A DNA stretch of 63,172 nt, counting the filler, from Trichomonas gallinae (lineage: Eukaryota), in the NCBI GenBank assembly GCA_008369845.1. It is 8 parts of 8 records of this genome, joined end to end, with 100 filler letters (N's around TTAATTAATTAA, not from the genome) between each part and the next. Parts side by side here need not be neighbours in the genome. Positions count along the whole stretch, not along the records: positions 17,917 to 31,094 come from MRSU01000158.1; positions 31,195 to 39,502 come from MRSU01000160.1; 6 more parts are not named here. One strand, given 5' to 3'. Below are positions 22,568 to 32,592 of this stretch, piece after piece. Below the pieces are notes generated by a model. The model had not been told where the DNA came from. It was given only the letters and a program-made list of their open reading frames with translations, and did not search any database. A program made the position numbers and the translations under genes. The stretch's first letter is position 1, and each line of letters starts with the position of its first letter.

Positions 22568-23743
22568 TTATTTGATAACGTGCGTGAGAACTTCACGAAC
22601 GATATCTTCTGTAACCTCATTGTGCCATCCGAATGCATGGCCACCTTTTGAGTCCATGACGAGCTTGACGACTTTTTCAAGGTCGCCGGCTTCTACTGGA
22701 CGATGCAAGTATTCAGAGACAGTCAAAACGTGACCGATCTCGTGAATCCACTGTGTGAGCTTCTCGATGAAAGCATCAGCCTTCTGGTCATCTGTTCCCT
22801 GGTTGACATCGAAGACTCTCTCAGCTGATCTCGCCATCAAGTAGCCTCTTGTCTTCTTAAAGTGCTTCAAGAAGAATGGAGTGACCATAGCCAACGTAGC
22901 CCCATGATCGATTTCATACATGACAGTGAGCTGGTGGCCGATGCCGTGAATAGCACCGCAGCCTTCCTTTCCGAGCAACAAGACTCTGTTGAGAGCAAAT
23001 GAAGCAGCAACAATGAGTCTTTCGTAGTACTCGATTTTCGCTGGTTTCTCGAAAATGTGCTTGGAAATGTCGACGAGTTCTCTCATGACAGACATGACGA
23101 AGTTGTCATTCATAGGGACAAGGTGTCCAGTAAGGAATAAATCGATGCAATGAGTCATTGCGTAAATTCCGTTCCTGAGCTGTCTCTCTGGGAGTGTAAG
23201 TGTGTACTTCGCATCTAAGAGTGAGAACACTGGAAATGTGACTGGGGTGCCTAATCCATTCTTTAATTGTTTTTCTCTCCAAGAAATGACAAAGCCGTTG
23301 TTCCACTCTGATCCTGTAGCTGGAAGAGTAAGAACTGTGCCGACCTTGATGGCCTTTGTCGGTACATATTTTCCTGCAACGACATCCCACGGTTCAATTC
23401 CGTCATCTAAGAGAGCCGCAACTGCAATGAATTTTGTAGCATCAATGACTGAGCCACCACCGACGGCAATAAGGAAATCTGGCTTGAATTCCTTGACTTC
23501 CTTGACAATCTTCATGCAAACCTCGTATTCTGGGTTTGAAGGTATGCCACCGATCCATTTATAGTCACACTCAAGATCTGTGAGTGCCTTATTGACATCA
23601 GTGCGTGCGCCGTTCTTATCAATTGATCCACCACCGAATGTGCAGATAACTTTCGATTTCTTTGGGACGAATGTCTTCATGTGCTCGTTTACAGCGCCAT
23701 CGCCGAATCCAACTTGTGTTGTGTTTGACCAGAGCCACTTCAT
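22568..23743 (-). CDS. Iron-containing (type III) alcohol dehydrogenase, YqhD/BdhA-like
   Basis: GGGSI, NP, AVGGGSVIDATK, TLPATGSE, HGIGHQLT...IDHGATLA; probable start MKWLW at 23743 after Inr. Confidence 0.92.
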   Translation of the reverse strand: MKWLWSNTTQVGFGDGAVNEHMKTFVPKKSKVICTFGGGSIDKNGARTDVNKALTDLECDYKWIGGIPSNPEYEVCMKIVKEVKEFKPDFLIAVGGGSVIDATKFIAVAALLDDGIEPWDVVAGKYVPTKAIKVGTVLTLPATGSEWNNGFVISWREKQLKNGLGTPVTFPVFSLLDAKYTLTLPERQLRNGIYAMTHCIDLFLTGHLVPMNDNFVMSVMRELVDISKHIFEKPAKIEYYERLIVAASFALNRVLLLGKEGCGAIHGIGHQLTVMYEIDHGATLAMVTPFFLKHFKKTRGYLMARSAERVFDVNQGTDDQKADAFIEKLTQWIHEIGHVLTVSEYLHRPVEAGDLEKVVKLVMDSKGGHAFGWHNEVTEDIVREVLTHVIK

Positions 23744-23746
23744 AAT

Positions 23747-23761
23747 GAAAAATGAAGTCAA
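23747..23761 (-). promoter_or_regulatory. Inr core promoter of the ADH gene
   Basis: Minus strand TTGACTTCATTTTTC, identical to the 15-mer before INO1, ending 3 nt before the ATG. Confidence 0.7.
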
Positions 23762-24110
23762 CAACACAAAAATTCCGATAAAAATAATCAAAAATCATCA
23801 AAAAAATTGATATTATTTAGATAAATGTGAGTAGTTCATTTTTGCCACAGCGATTATAAAATTTTTGAAATTTTGTCAATTTTTTAAATCATTTATCGTA
23901 AATATTTGTTTTAAACACTTAATTTATGTTAAATTTTTCACTTTCAATGCATTGAAAATATAACCTTATTGACTTATGAATTCGCACTAATTGTTATATT
24001 GAGTCATTCATGTAAACACTCGATACTCGGTGATTACATTATTCTTATTTATCCGAACTACACGAATATCTAATAATAATGTTCATATTCGTGATCAAAA
24101 TTGATTAAAT

Positions 24111-24394
24111 TTAGTCATTCAGCTTATCATTCATTATATTAATAACCAAATAGTTAAGTTTATAATATATATTTGTCGAGAAGTCAATTTTCAAAAAAAT
24201 TTAGTCATTCAACGTTACCAACGTCCAAATAGTTAAGTTCATAGCATAACCGTGTCGAGAAGCCAATTTTCTAAATTAAAAAATATTTTGCAAAATCAAA
24301 ATTGACTAAATATAGCCATTCAACATATCATTCATGTTACAGTAATACAAATAATTGATCTCTTAATAATATACTTGTCGAGAAGTCAAATTTC
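24111..24394. repeat. Three degenerate direct repeats of about 70-85 bp
   Basis: Each starts TAG(T/C)CATTCA, contains CAAATA(G/A)TT and ends TGTCGAGAAG(T/C)CAA(T/A)TTTC (24174, 24253, 24376). Confidence 0.75.
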
Positions 24395-24578
24395 TATCCC
24401 GAAGAAAATGCATTCTAAATTGCTGGCACAGACCAAATAATTGAGATGACTTGCATAGCAGAAATTTCTTCGCATAGGTACATTTTTGATGGTATTTTGA
24501 AAAGTTAAATTACAAAAATATAAACTATCATCTTGCATAATTGTTATTTTATAATGATATTCGATAAAAAAATGATTT

Positions 24579-27065
24579 TTACATTATTATCATAACATAT
24601 AATGGTAACAATCCGTATGAATAATATGTTGCCCTGCATGTTATGTGAAGGCATTCAGAAAGAGAAGTTACAGATAGTCCTGATGCTAAAAGTTGCTTTT
24701 TGAATGATGCAGTTTGATTGACGAATATTATACTGCCGCAAATCAGACTTTTGCATCCAGCAAAAGCGTTTTCACCAATAGATTGCACGCAAATGGGAAT
24801 ATTAATGCTTCTAAGTTTGACGCATCCTTCAAATGCACTTACACCAATAGATTCTACTGTTCCATCAGGAATGAGCACAGACTGCAGATTTATGCAGCCA
24901 ATAAATGCACTTTCAGCAATGTATTTAACTGTATCTGCGAGAGCAAAGAATTTCGACGGAGAAGCAGGAGGATAAACAATCATTTTCGTCATCTCAGAAT
25001 TATACAATGCTCCATAGTTGCAAACGAAATTCTTTGCTTTGAATTCATTTATTTTTGCCAACTTGACGCATCCGTCAAAAACACCAAAATCAATTCTTTC
25101 GAGATTTGAGTCGTCTGAGATTATAACTGAATTCAGCTTTTCACATCCTTTGAAACATTGTTGCCCTAAAACTGTTAATGTGTCTGGAATATTGACTGAA
25201 GTAATCTTTGTGTTCATCAATGATTGAGAACCAATACGGTTAACATTATTAGGAATTGTGAATGATTCTAGTTTGGTGCAATTCATAAATAGTCCAATAG
25301 GAATATAACCGCAGTTTAAATAGTCATTTTCTATTGTAGCTTTTGTTATTCCACAAGATGCGAAACAGTTATATCCGATGTTGTTTATCGAATTTGGAAT
25401 ATTTATACTTGAAAGTTTTTCTAGTCCATTGAAACAATTGTTTCCTAAATTGATAGTTACTGTGCATTCATCGAAATTCAATGATGTAACTGATTTGCAA
25501 TAAGAAAATGCATCGTTTGAAATGTTCAGGAAATTAATTGAATCTTGTATTATTGTTGAAAAACTAATAGAAGGAATATTAGAGCATTGCGAAAAAGCAA
25601 ATTCAGTGATGTTTGCTAAATTGTTTCCAAAACAAATAGCTTGGTTAATTGCTGTGCGATAAAAAGCATATCGATATATACTCTTGCAGTAAGATAGATC
25701 AAAAATTGTTCGTAAACTGATGCATCCACTAAATGCATATTCTTCTATTATTTCAACTTGTATATCGCCATCAGATGTTATTGATTGCAAATTCTTTTTG
25801 TCTCTGAAGGCGCCTGCTCTTATTTTTTTAACAGTAGAAGGTATAACAACACTTGTTTGATCTATTCCAAAATATTGTGAAATAAAAGTATTCGAAGTAT
25901 CCATGAGAAGAACTTCATCTTTTATGTAGATACTTGATCCTTCTGGGAAAACATATTCTGGATTAGAACCAGTGAAAACTCCACCTCCCAATTCAGTTAA
26001 TGTAACAGGAAGTGTAATTTTCTTGAGATTTTGACAATTGGCAAAGGCTGATGCATCTATTTTAGTCACACCTTCTGGAATTGTTATTTCAACGATATTT
26101 GATGATTTAAATATTTCGGCGCTGATGGTTTTTAGACTTGAAGGCAGTGTTATTGTTGTTATTCCAGTATTTTGATAAAAAGTCGCCCTTCCTATCAAAG
26201 TTATACTATCAGGAAGATTAACTGAGCTTATTATACTATTTGTAAAGCAATAATTCTGAATTGATGTGACAGAACTTGGCAAAATCACCTTTGTCAAACG
26301 CGAAGAGCAAAAACATCCGCTGTCAATAATAATCACTCCATCAGGGACAGTGAATTCTCCTGATAATGCTGATGCGCAATAATAAATTCTATTTTTCCTT
26401 AGGTTGTAAATGGCCTTACCATCATCGCACAAACTATTACTTCCTGATGCAACACCAACGGATAACAAATTCGGATTCATATTGAAAGCAAGGCCAGACA
26501 TAGTCGTAACACTTGCTGGAATTGTAAACTGTGTAATTGGGCATGCATAAAAGCTATTAGAATATAATATTGTCAGTGAACTTACAGGTGTAAAAATTAC
26601 TGAAGTCAAAGAGAAGCAGTTTAAAAATGATGATTCTTCGATCGTAGAAACAGTTGAAGGAATTGTCAAAGAAGAAATTTTAATTTTTGAGAAGGCTGAA
26701 GCTCCAATGGAAGTTAGACCTTCGGGAAGTTTAAGTGTAGACAATGAGGAGCATTCACTGAATGCAAAAGTTTTTATAGATTTTAATTCAACGCACATTG
26801 ATAAATCAATTATTTGAATATTTGAGCATTTGTAAAATGCATATGGGCCGATAGTTTTTAAATTTAGACATGATGTAAATGAAACAGATTCAACTGTGCT
26901 AATAACATTTCGAAAACAATAATATTGATCAGTACTTCCATAGATTTGGATAACAGTCTCTGGTATAACAATATTTGGGCTTGTGTCATCGACTCGTTCA
27001 AGGACTGTTTTTGCAGAGTCTGAATATGTAAATGGATCAGCTGGAATTTCAATACATATAAATTG
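24579..27065 (-). CDS. BspA-like LRR surface protein; frame open from 27065 but first ATG at 26798
   Basis: Many TpLRR repeats; upstream in-frame QFICIEIPADPFTYSDSAKTVL..VIPETV..LKTIGPYAFYKC continues the family pattern; TGA at 27066-27068. Confidence 0.88.
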   Translation of the reverse strand, partial: QFICIEIPADPFTYSDSAKTVLERVDDTSPNIVIPETVIQIYGSTDQYYCFRNVISTVESVSFTSCLNLKTIGPYAFYKCSNIQIIDLSMCVELKSIKTFAFSECSSLSTLKLPEGLTSIGASAFSKIKISSLTIPSTVSTIEESSFLNCFSLTSVIFTPVSSLTILYSNSFYACPITQFTIPASVTTMSGLAFNMNPNLLSVGVASGSNSLCDDGKAIYNLRKNRIYYCASALSGEFTVPDGVIIIDSGCFCSSRLTKVILPSSVTSIQNYCFTNSIISSVNLPDSITLIGRATFYQNTGITTITLPSSLKTISAEIFKSSNIVEITIPEGVTKIDASAFANCQNLKKITLPVTLTELGGGVFTGSNPEYVFPEGSSIYIKDEVLLMDTSNTFISQYFGIDQTSVVIPSTVKKIRAGAFRDKKNLQSITSDGDIQVEIIEEYAFSGCISLRTIFDLSYCKSIYRYAFYRTAINQAICFGNNLANITEFAFSQCSNIPSISFSTIIQDSINFLNISNDAFSYCKSVTSLNFDECTVTINLGNNCFNGLEKLSSINIPNSINNIGYNCFASCGITKATIENDYLNCGYIPIGLFMNCTKLESFTIPNNVNRIGSQSLMNTKITSVNIPDTLTVLGQQCFKGCEKLNSVIISDDSNLERIDFGVFDGCVKLAKINEFKAKNFVCNYGALYNSEMTKMIVYPPASPSKFFALADTVKYIAESAFIGCINLQSVLIPDGTVESIGVSAFEGCVKLRSINIPICVQSIGENAFAGCKSLICGSIIFVNQTASFKKQLLASGLSVTSLSECLHITCRATYYSYGLLPLYVMIIM

Positions 27066-27099
27066 TCAATTTCGACGATACAAAAAAAAGTGGCGGTTT

Positions 27100-27450
27100 A
27101 CTACCCTTAGTCTGCATCCCGACTAAATTTAACTTGATCTTCAGAATAAAGAAAGCCTTTAAGATAAATAACATTCATGCACAGAGATATAAGACCAGAT
27201 TATATCATATAACATTAATGTTTGCAACTATGAAATCAATCAATAACAAAATGTACTGTTACTCAAAAATACACAATAGTTTTGCTTCAAACTAAGACAT
27301 TAGACTATATAGTGATAAGATGACTCCTTGATAAATTTGCTAAGAAATCACATTATTGGAAATGATTTTCATTGTATTGTTATGTGCACATATTTGCTTT
27401 CCAATAATATATTTAGAACATTATGTATATCAGAGGATTAGAATGATTTA
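27100..27450 (+). pseudogene. Degraded protein kinase relic
   Basis: ATG CAC AGA GAT ATA AGA CCA GAT = MHRDIRPD (27177-27200) resembles the HRDIKPxN catalytic loop; surrounding frames are interrupted; bounds approximate. Confidence 0.35.
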
Positions 27451-27819
27451 TATTTATTCAATCTATAGAGTTAAAAATTCTAGAAAATAAATCATTGTCG
27501 GGAAAATGTCAATTTTTTGAGGTTAAAATCAAAAGTGACATTTTGACAAATCATTCAAAAATTACGATCGAAATTTTCGATAAAATAGCCAATAACAGAA
27601 GTATTTTTGAGCAAATTTTTGAAAATTATCATTTTTCTTTTGACTACCGGGAAATTGGCAAAAATTGAATGAGTTACGGGCGTATTACTTCGATAATTTG
27701 AATTATTTTTTGCATTTTAATGTTTTTGGTATTATTATACACAACCAAGCCTATTTCTCCACTAAAAATTGGATCGTGTCATTGAAAAATGGTCAAAATT
27801 GAATGAAAAAATCACTTCG

Positions 27820-29310
27820 ATGACTGAGGCTGAGAACTACGATATCATTCTTAAAGAGGATAACACAAACCAGTTCCTTGAAGAAGATAAAAGACTAGGA
27901 GGCTCTTCTCCACTTATTACAACATTAAAATTATCAATCGGTCCAATTTTATTTGCGGCAATAATGAGTTTTCAAGATGCAATAGATCTATATTTCATCA
28001 GAAAAGGCTTCGGGCCTGAAGGAGTTACGATCGTTTCAATTGCTGGCTCATTAAAATTTTTATTCGTTGCTTTAGCAAGTTTCCATCTTCCTGCTTCTGT
28101 GATAAAGATTAGTGAATGTATAACAAAGAAACTCCCTGATGAAACTGGTCAACTTTTCGCTGATATTCTCAGATATTGTTTTTTAATTGGACTCATTTTC
28201 CCGCCAATCATGTATTTTATTGTTCCTAAACTACTTAAAACGATGGGAATGCCAGAAATTTTGATACCAAAGGCTAGAAGATACTTATTTCCAATGAATG
28301 TTTGTACTTTCTTCGATTCTACGTTTAATTCATGCTGCAGTCTGATGAATGCTGAGGGAAGAGCATCTGCTACAGCATTAATACAAGCAGTTGAACTTGT
28401 AGCGAAGATTTTAATGGATCCACTTTTGATCTACGGATTTAAAGCTCCAATTGAAGCAATGGGTCTCGCTGACTCAATACCAACAATAATATCGAGCGTT
28501 ACACTTTTTACATGCACTCTTCTCGGTAAATTTTCAACAAAACCAAAATTATCATACTTCAAGAAGAAATTTTCTCATCATTTCGGTGAATTACTGAAGC
28601 TCTGCGTCCCAAATATATGTTCAATGTCATTGGGAGTCTTTTCCCCAATAATTGTCGTAAGTTTAGTCACAAAAGCTGCAACAAACATAGGAAAAGTCAC
28701 AGAAGTGTCTACATGCTATTCTTCGTCAGGTAAAGTGTATACAATGCTCATGATAATCATTATGTCTTCATTAGCAGGTTTGGCTCCTTCAGCAACGTGG
28801 GCATTTCACAAACAAGATCTTAAAAGGATGTATGAGCTTGCTGGATGTTCCACAATAATTCCTTTAATAATATGTTTCGTTGGATGCCTTACAATGATAT
28901 TTTTCCCGAAGAAAATTTTGAAAATTTGGATATCAGGAGAAACTTTAGATTTGGCGCCAAAAATCACGCCAAAATTATTCTATACGTTCTATTTGGAACC
29001 GTTATCTGCCATTTTGAACAACTTATTGATAATTTTCAAACAAAAATATTTAGCAATTGTTCCACAAGTCCTCAAAGCAGTGTGTTTGCTCACATCTGCT
29101 GTATTCTTATACATGATGAACAAGACAAAGCCAGAAAATATATTGTATTGCAACGCAATTCAAGATTCAATGAATTTCACTATTTCAATGCTATGCTTTA
29201 TCTATACTTATAAACGCGCTGATTCATTGCTATCAAGAATCGCACAACCCGATAATCCTTTGTTGCAAGATGATCCAAGCATCCCAAATGACCCTTTAAT
29301 GCGTGAATAG
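27820..29310 (+). CDS. MATE (MatE) family efflux transporter
   Basis: About 12 hydrophobic segments; EDKRLGG..L.T.LKLSIGP; AEGRA; ILMDPLLIYGF; ATG 27820 directly after Inr TCACTT. Confidence 0.9.
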   Translation: MTEAENYDIILKEDNTNQFLEEDKRLGGSSPLITTLKLSIGPILFAAIMSFQDAIDLYFIRKGFGPEGVTIVSIAGSLKFLFVALASFHLPASVIKISECITKKLPDETGQLFADILRYCFLIGLIFPPIMYFIVPKLLKTMGMPEILIPKARRYLFPMNVCTFFDSTFNSCCSLMNAEGRASATALIQAVELVAKILMDPLLIYGFKAPIEAMGLADSIPTIISSVTLFTCTLLGKFSTKPKLSYFKKKFSHHFGELLKLCVPNICSMSLGVFSPIIVVSLVTKAATNIGKVTEVSTCYSSSGKVYTMLMIIIMSSLAGLAPSATWAFHKQDLKRMYELAGCSTIIPLIICFVGCLTMIFFPKKILKIWISGETLDLAPKITPKLFYTFYLEPLSAILNNLLIIFKQKYLAIVPQVLKAVCLLTSAVFLYMMNKTKPENILYCNAIQDSMNFTISMLCFIYTYKRADSLLSRIAQPDNPLLQDDPSIPNDPLMRE

Positions 29311-29399
29311 ATGATATATTATTTTGTTTTTTTGTAAACATGGTACATGAAATTATATGATAATTTTTTCATTGATTTACACAGAAAGTCGCTTTGTTA

Positions 29400-29800
29400 C
29401 TCGTAGAAACTCACAAGATCTATAATGTATGATGTAGTTTCTTCATATTGTAGATGCTCCAATGTGCAATGATTTACTTATTTTGTAATTTATATGTTTG
29501 CCAATTACAGCAATAACTAATGGAGTTTGTTCAAAATTTATTGATGTTTCAAGATATGTATCAAGTTCAACTTACCTTCTAATAACTTCAATAAGCGATA
29601 ATAAGTTGTAACAGCAATTAATTATGGAGTTGATCCATGAATTGTTACAAAATATGCAACAATTGCAGAAAGATTATATACAAAAATGAATTATTCAATA
29701 AGTTTTTGAAGATAGCCATAACCAATTATCATACTTCCACTCTAACTAAACGGCATACAAACTAATTGACAAAACAATGATGTTCAAATAATATTTTTTG
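29400..29800 (-). pseudogene. Degraded ankyrin-repeat gene relic
   Basis: Minus-strand fragments HGSTP*LIAV, EQTPLVIAVIGKH, SLHIGA resemble the ankyrin G-TPLH-A consensus; bounds approximate. Confidence 0.4.
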
Positions 29801-29902
29801 ACAATTAACTATTTACGAATTGCTTTTTCATTGGCAGTATGTGATAAATAACATATGTTTAGTAACAAATATTAACAAACAGTTTATTTCTAGTTAATAA
29901 TT

Positions 29903-30457
29903 TTATGAATAAAGAATAGCAAATAATATTACTCCACATATAACAAATGATGCTAGCATCGCTGTTAGAATATTATCAGCCAGTTTTGGATTATTTTTAT
30001 GAATACAATAATAAATTAGCAAACCTGATAAAGGAAAAATAGCAACGCATGCATAGAATATAACCTGCTCTGCCTCAAAGTCATCACTTCGGCAACAAAC
30101 CATATCAGAATCGCCAATCAATTGTTGTGGGCTCTGTTCAAGGTTAACGTTTGGCATTACAAACGCTGTATCAACAGGTAAATCAGGTGGAAGCGGATGA
30201 TCGAGCGTTATTTTGTTTCCATTTCGTGTAACGTATTCGAATTTGATTTTTACCTTTTCATGTGGTGGAGGCATCAAGACATTCATGTATACATTACGCG
30301 GACTGGGAACAGGAAGTTCATAATCGCACACGATTTCTTCATTTGGCAAATAATCAAAATATGGATTTTCTGTCTGTTTAGATTTTTTCTTCTGCATGCT
30401 GCTGGTGATTGATTCGCTGTCTGTTTTATTGGATGGATCAGAAATGTCGTCGTTCAT
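29903..30457 (-). CDS. Hypothetical protein with two C-terminal TM helices
   Basis: ATG at 30457, AAAGTGAC motif at 30475-30482 (minus); hydrophobic segments VIFYACVAIFPLSGLLIYYC and ILTAMLASFVICGVILFAILYS. Confidence 0.78.
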   Translation of the reverse strand: MNDDISDPSNKTDSESITSSMQKKKSKQTENPYFDYLPNEEIVCDYELPVPSPRNVYMNVLMPPPHEKVKIKFEYVTRNGNKITLDHPLPPDLPVDTAFVMPNVNLEQSPQQLIGDSDMVCCRSDDFEAEQVIFYACVAIFPLSGLLIYYCIHKNNPKLADNILTAMLASFVICGVILFAILYS

Positions 30458-31014
30458 CAAAATTACATATAAATGTCACTTTTCGCTAAGATTAAGAAAT
30501 TTTGGATTTCAAAAATTTTTGAATTATCATCATCCCATTAATGTTTATTAACATTTTATGTAAAAATCGGAAAATATTGTTGTGAGATCTAAATAATACA
30601 TGCATTATTAAGTCTCTACAATAATGTAATAATTTTTTCCTTCACTATTAGCGTTTTACCAGCTTAAAACTAGAAATATTTGATTTAATATATCATAACA
30701 TTAAATTTATAAGATATTAAGTGCTAAAAGTTGATTTCGAATTCTGATCAGAGTGGCATATTTTGTTCTATAATCAAAATGCATGAATATGGATAATATT
30801 ATTCAAATGAATGAAAAATGTTTCGAGATCTGATTATAAAGATGTATTAATTATGTTTTTTGCATCCGAATATGGTTATTTGCATAGGATTATTGCGTTT
30901 GCTCGTTAATTTCTTTATTTTCCATGTCAAATCAGAATTTTAAACATGAAAAGTTGCTTATTACGAATTTCTATTTGAATTACTGTTGCTATAGATCTAG
31001 TGAAGACAAATAAC

Positions 31015-31094
31015 TAGGGTTGTGCGAATTCTCACTTTTTAGTAGCGAACGAAATGCGCAATTTTATTCAGCGCGCGAAAGACGAGACGGAATC
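31015..31094 (+). mobile_element. Probable hAT-like transposon terminus running into a gap
   Basis: TAGGGTTGTGCGAAT start resembles hAT (C/T)AGGG termini; GC/CpG-rich relative to flanks; abuts contig end. Confidence 0.4.
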
Positions 31095-31194
31095 NNNNNN
31101 NNNNNNNNNNNNNNNNNNNNNNNNNNNNNNNNNNNNNNTTAATTAATTAANNNNNNNNNNNNNNNNNNNNNNNNNNNNNNNNNNNNNNNNNNNN
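31095..31194. other. Artificial contig linker
   Basis: N44-TTAATTAATTAA-N44. Confidence 0.97.
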
Positions 31195-31228
<34 letters not shown>

Positions 31229-31295
31229 TGTTAGAAAATTTTGGTCGAACAAATAAGAAAAATGTAAACATCCTCACTTCACCATAATAAAATAG

Positions 31296-32276
31296 CTTAA
31301 GCATCAAATAAATCACAAATTTAATGCCCATCGCGCATCTTGGACAGATGTTTATCCAGATTCTAACTATGACTATCGAAAAGCGAATGATAATACATTA
31401 CTCTCCTCAGGATCGAAGAACTTCTACGTCGAAGAGTGCCAATTCACATCTCTTACAAATCGTGCAATATATTTATCATCGAATTCAAAACTTCTTATCT
31501 CTCAATCGATTTTCATGTCATGCTCATCGAGTTCCGAAGGTGGAAATATCTATGCTAAAGCAGGATCAATTGCATATTATCGAATTTGCGCTGTATATTT
31601 TCAATTTACTGGTAATGATGGTACAGAAGGTGCATTTTCTTATTCATATAGTTCACAAGGAACAAATTACTTGAATATGATGACCGAAAGTTGTCTTGCA
31701 AATCCAGGAAGTGTTGATAATGGAAACTCTTTTGATTATAGATTGTTCGGAAAACAAATATTTAAATTAAATAATTGTTCATTTTGTAAATCATATGTTA
31801 ACATGTATCAATTTCATGAAGACACAGGATACACATTAGAATTATCCTATTCATATCTTGCAAATACTTCAACCAGAGGAAGTTATGAAATTCATCTCTA
31901 TGGACGTTTTTCATTATTTAAGATGTTAATCATTGGAAATAAATGCCCAAATAATCCAGGGCTATTTGGTGCATATTCTAGTTTAAATTTTGATTCATGC
32001 ATTGTTTTAGATAACACAAATCCTGGAACATTTACAAGCTCAGGTGTCACAATGACAAACTGTAAATACAATGGAGACATGACAAATGTACAAATAAAGA
32101 GCCAATCAAATGTTCTGAACATAGATTTATCTCTGTTATCGACATGGCTTTGCCAAGCATTGAAACCTATAAATAAAAACAAAATAAATAAAATGAAAGA
32201 GTGCACAAACATAATCATAAATCAAAACTACACAAATTACCATGTTTTGCTCTTGACAATATTCCTACTTGAATAG
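31296..32276 (+). CDS. Cys/Asn-rich GGxIY beta-helix (Pmp-like) trichomonad family protein; 5' end disrupted
   Basis: Frame of ORF 31515 is open from 31296 (SWTDVYP..NFYVEECQF..RAIY..LLISQSIFMSCSSSSEGGNIY); TAG at 31293-31295; hydrophobic C-terminal tail. Confidence 0.7.
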   Translation, partial: LKHQINHKFNAHRASWTDVYPDSNYDYRKANDNTLLSSGSKNFYVEECQFTSLTNRAIYLSSNSKLLISQSIFMSCSSSSEGGNIYAKAGSIAYYRICAVYFQFTGNDGTEGAFSYSYSSQGTNYLNMMTESCLANPGSVDNGNSFDYRLFGKQIFKLNNCSFCKSYVNMYQFHEDTGYTLELSYSYLANTSTRGSYEIHLYGRFSLFKMLIIGNKCPNNPGLFGAYSSLNFDSCIVLDNTNPGTFTSSGVTMTNCKYNGDMTNVQIKSQSNVLNIDLSLLSTWLCQALKPINKNKINKMKECTNIIINQNYTNYHVLLLTIFLLE

Positions 32277-32592
32277 AAATGATTACAAGCATGATTGAAA
32301 CAAACTTTTTAAATAACGAATTCAAAATCTTATTTAAGTTATTTCAAATTTATTATGCTGAAAATTTATAATATTCAAGAGGAAATCAAGTGTGATCTTA
32401 CTTAAATTCAAAAGATATTAATCTGCAACATGCTGATGAATAAAAATAACGAAAATTCTGATTCGGTTTGCACACAAATATACCCAATTAATCGAATATG
32501 GATAATTTCTGTTTTAGAATTATGTAGGCAGATTTATATATAGAAAATATTAAAAATAATCCATTACCCGCACATTTTATTCATCGAATTCA

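Noticed and set aside
24111..24394. CRISPR-like repeat-spacer array
   Set aside because: Only three degenerate units, the spacers are homologous to each other, there are no cas genes and the context is eukaryotic
27056..27082. Short intron rescuing the BspA start (GTATCG...TTGAC...)
   Set aside because: No 3' AG at the expected position and no upstream ATG
20621..31295. Non-standard genetic code (TAA/TAG = Gln, as in hexamitid diplomonads)
   Set aside because: Long ORFs have no internal TAA/TAG and most genes end in TAA; isolated stops fit point mutations
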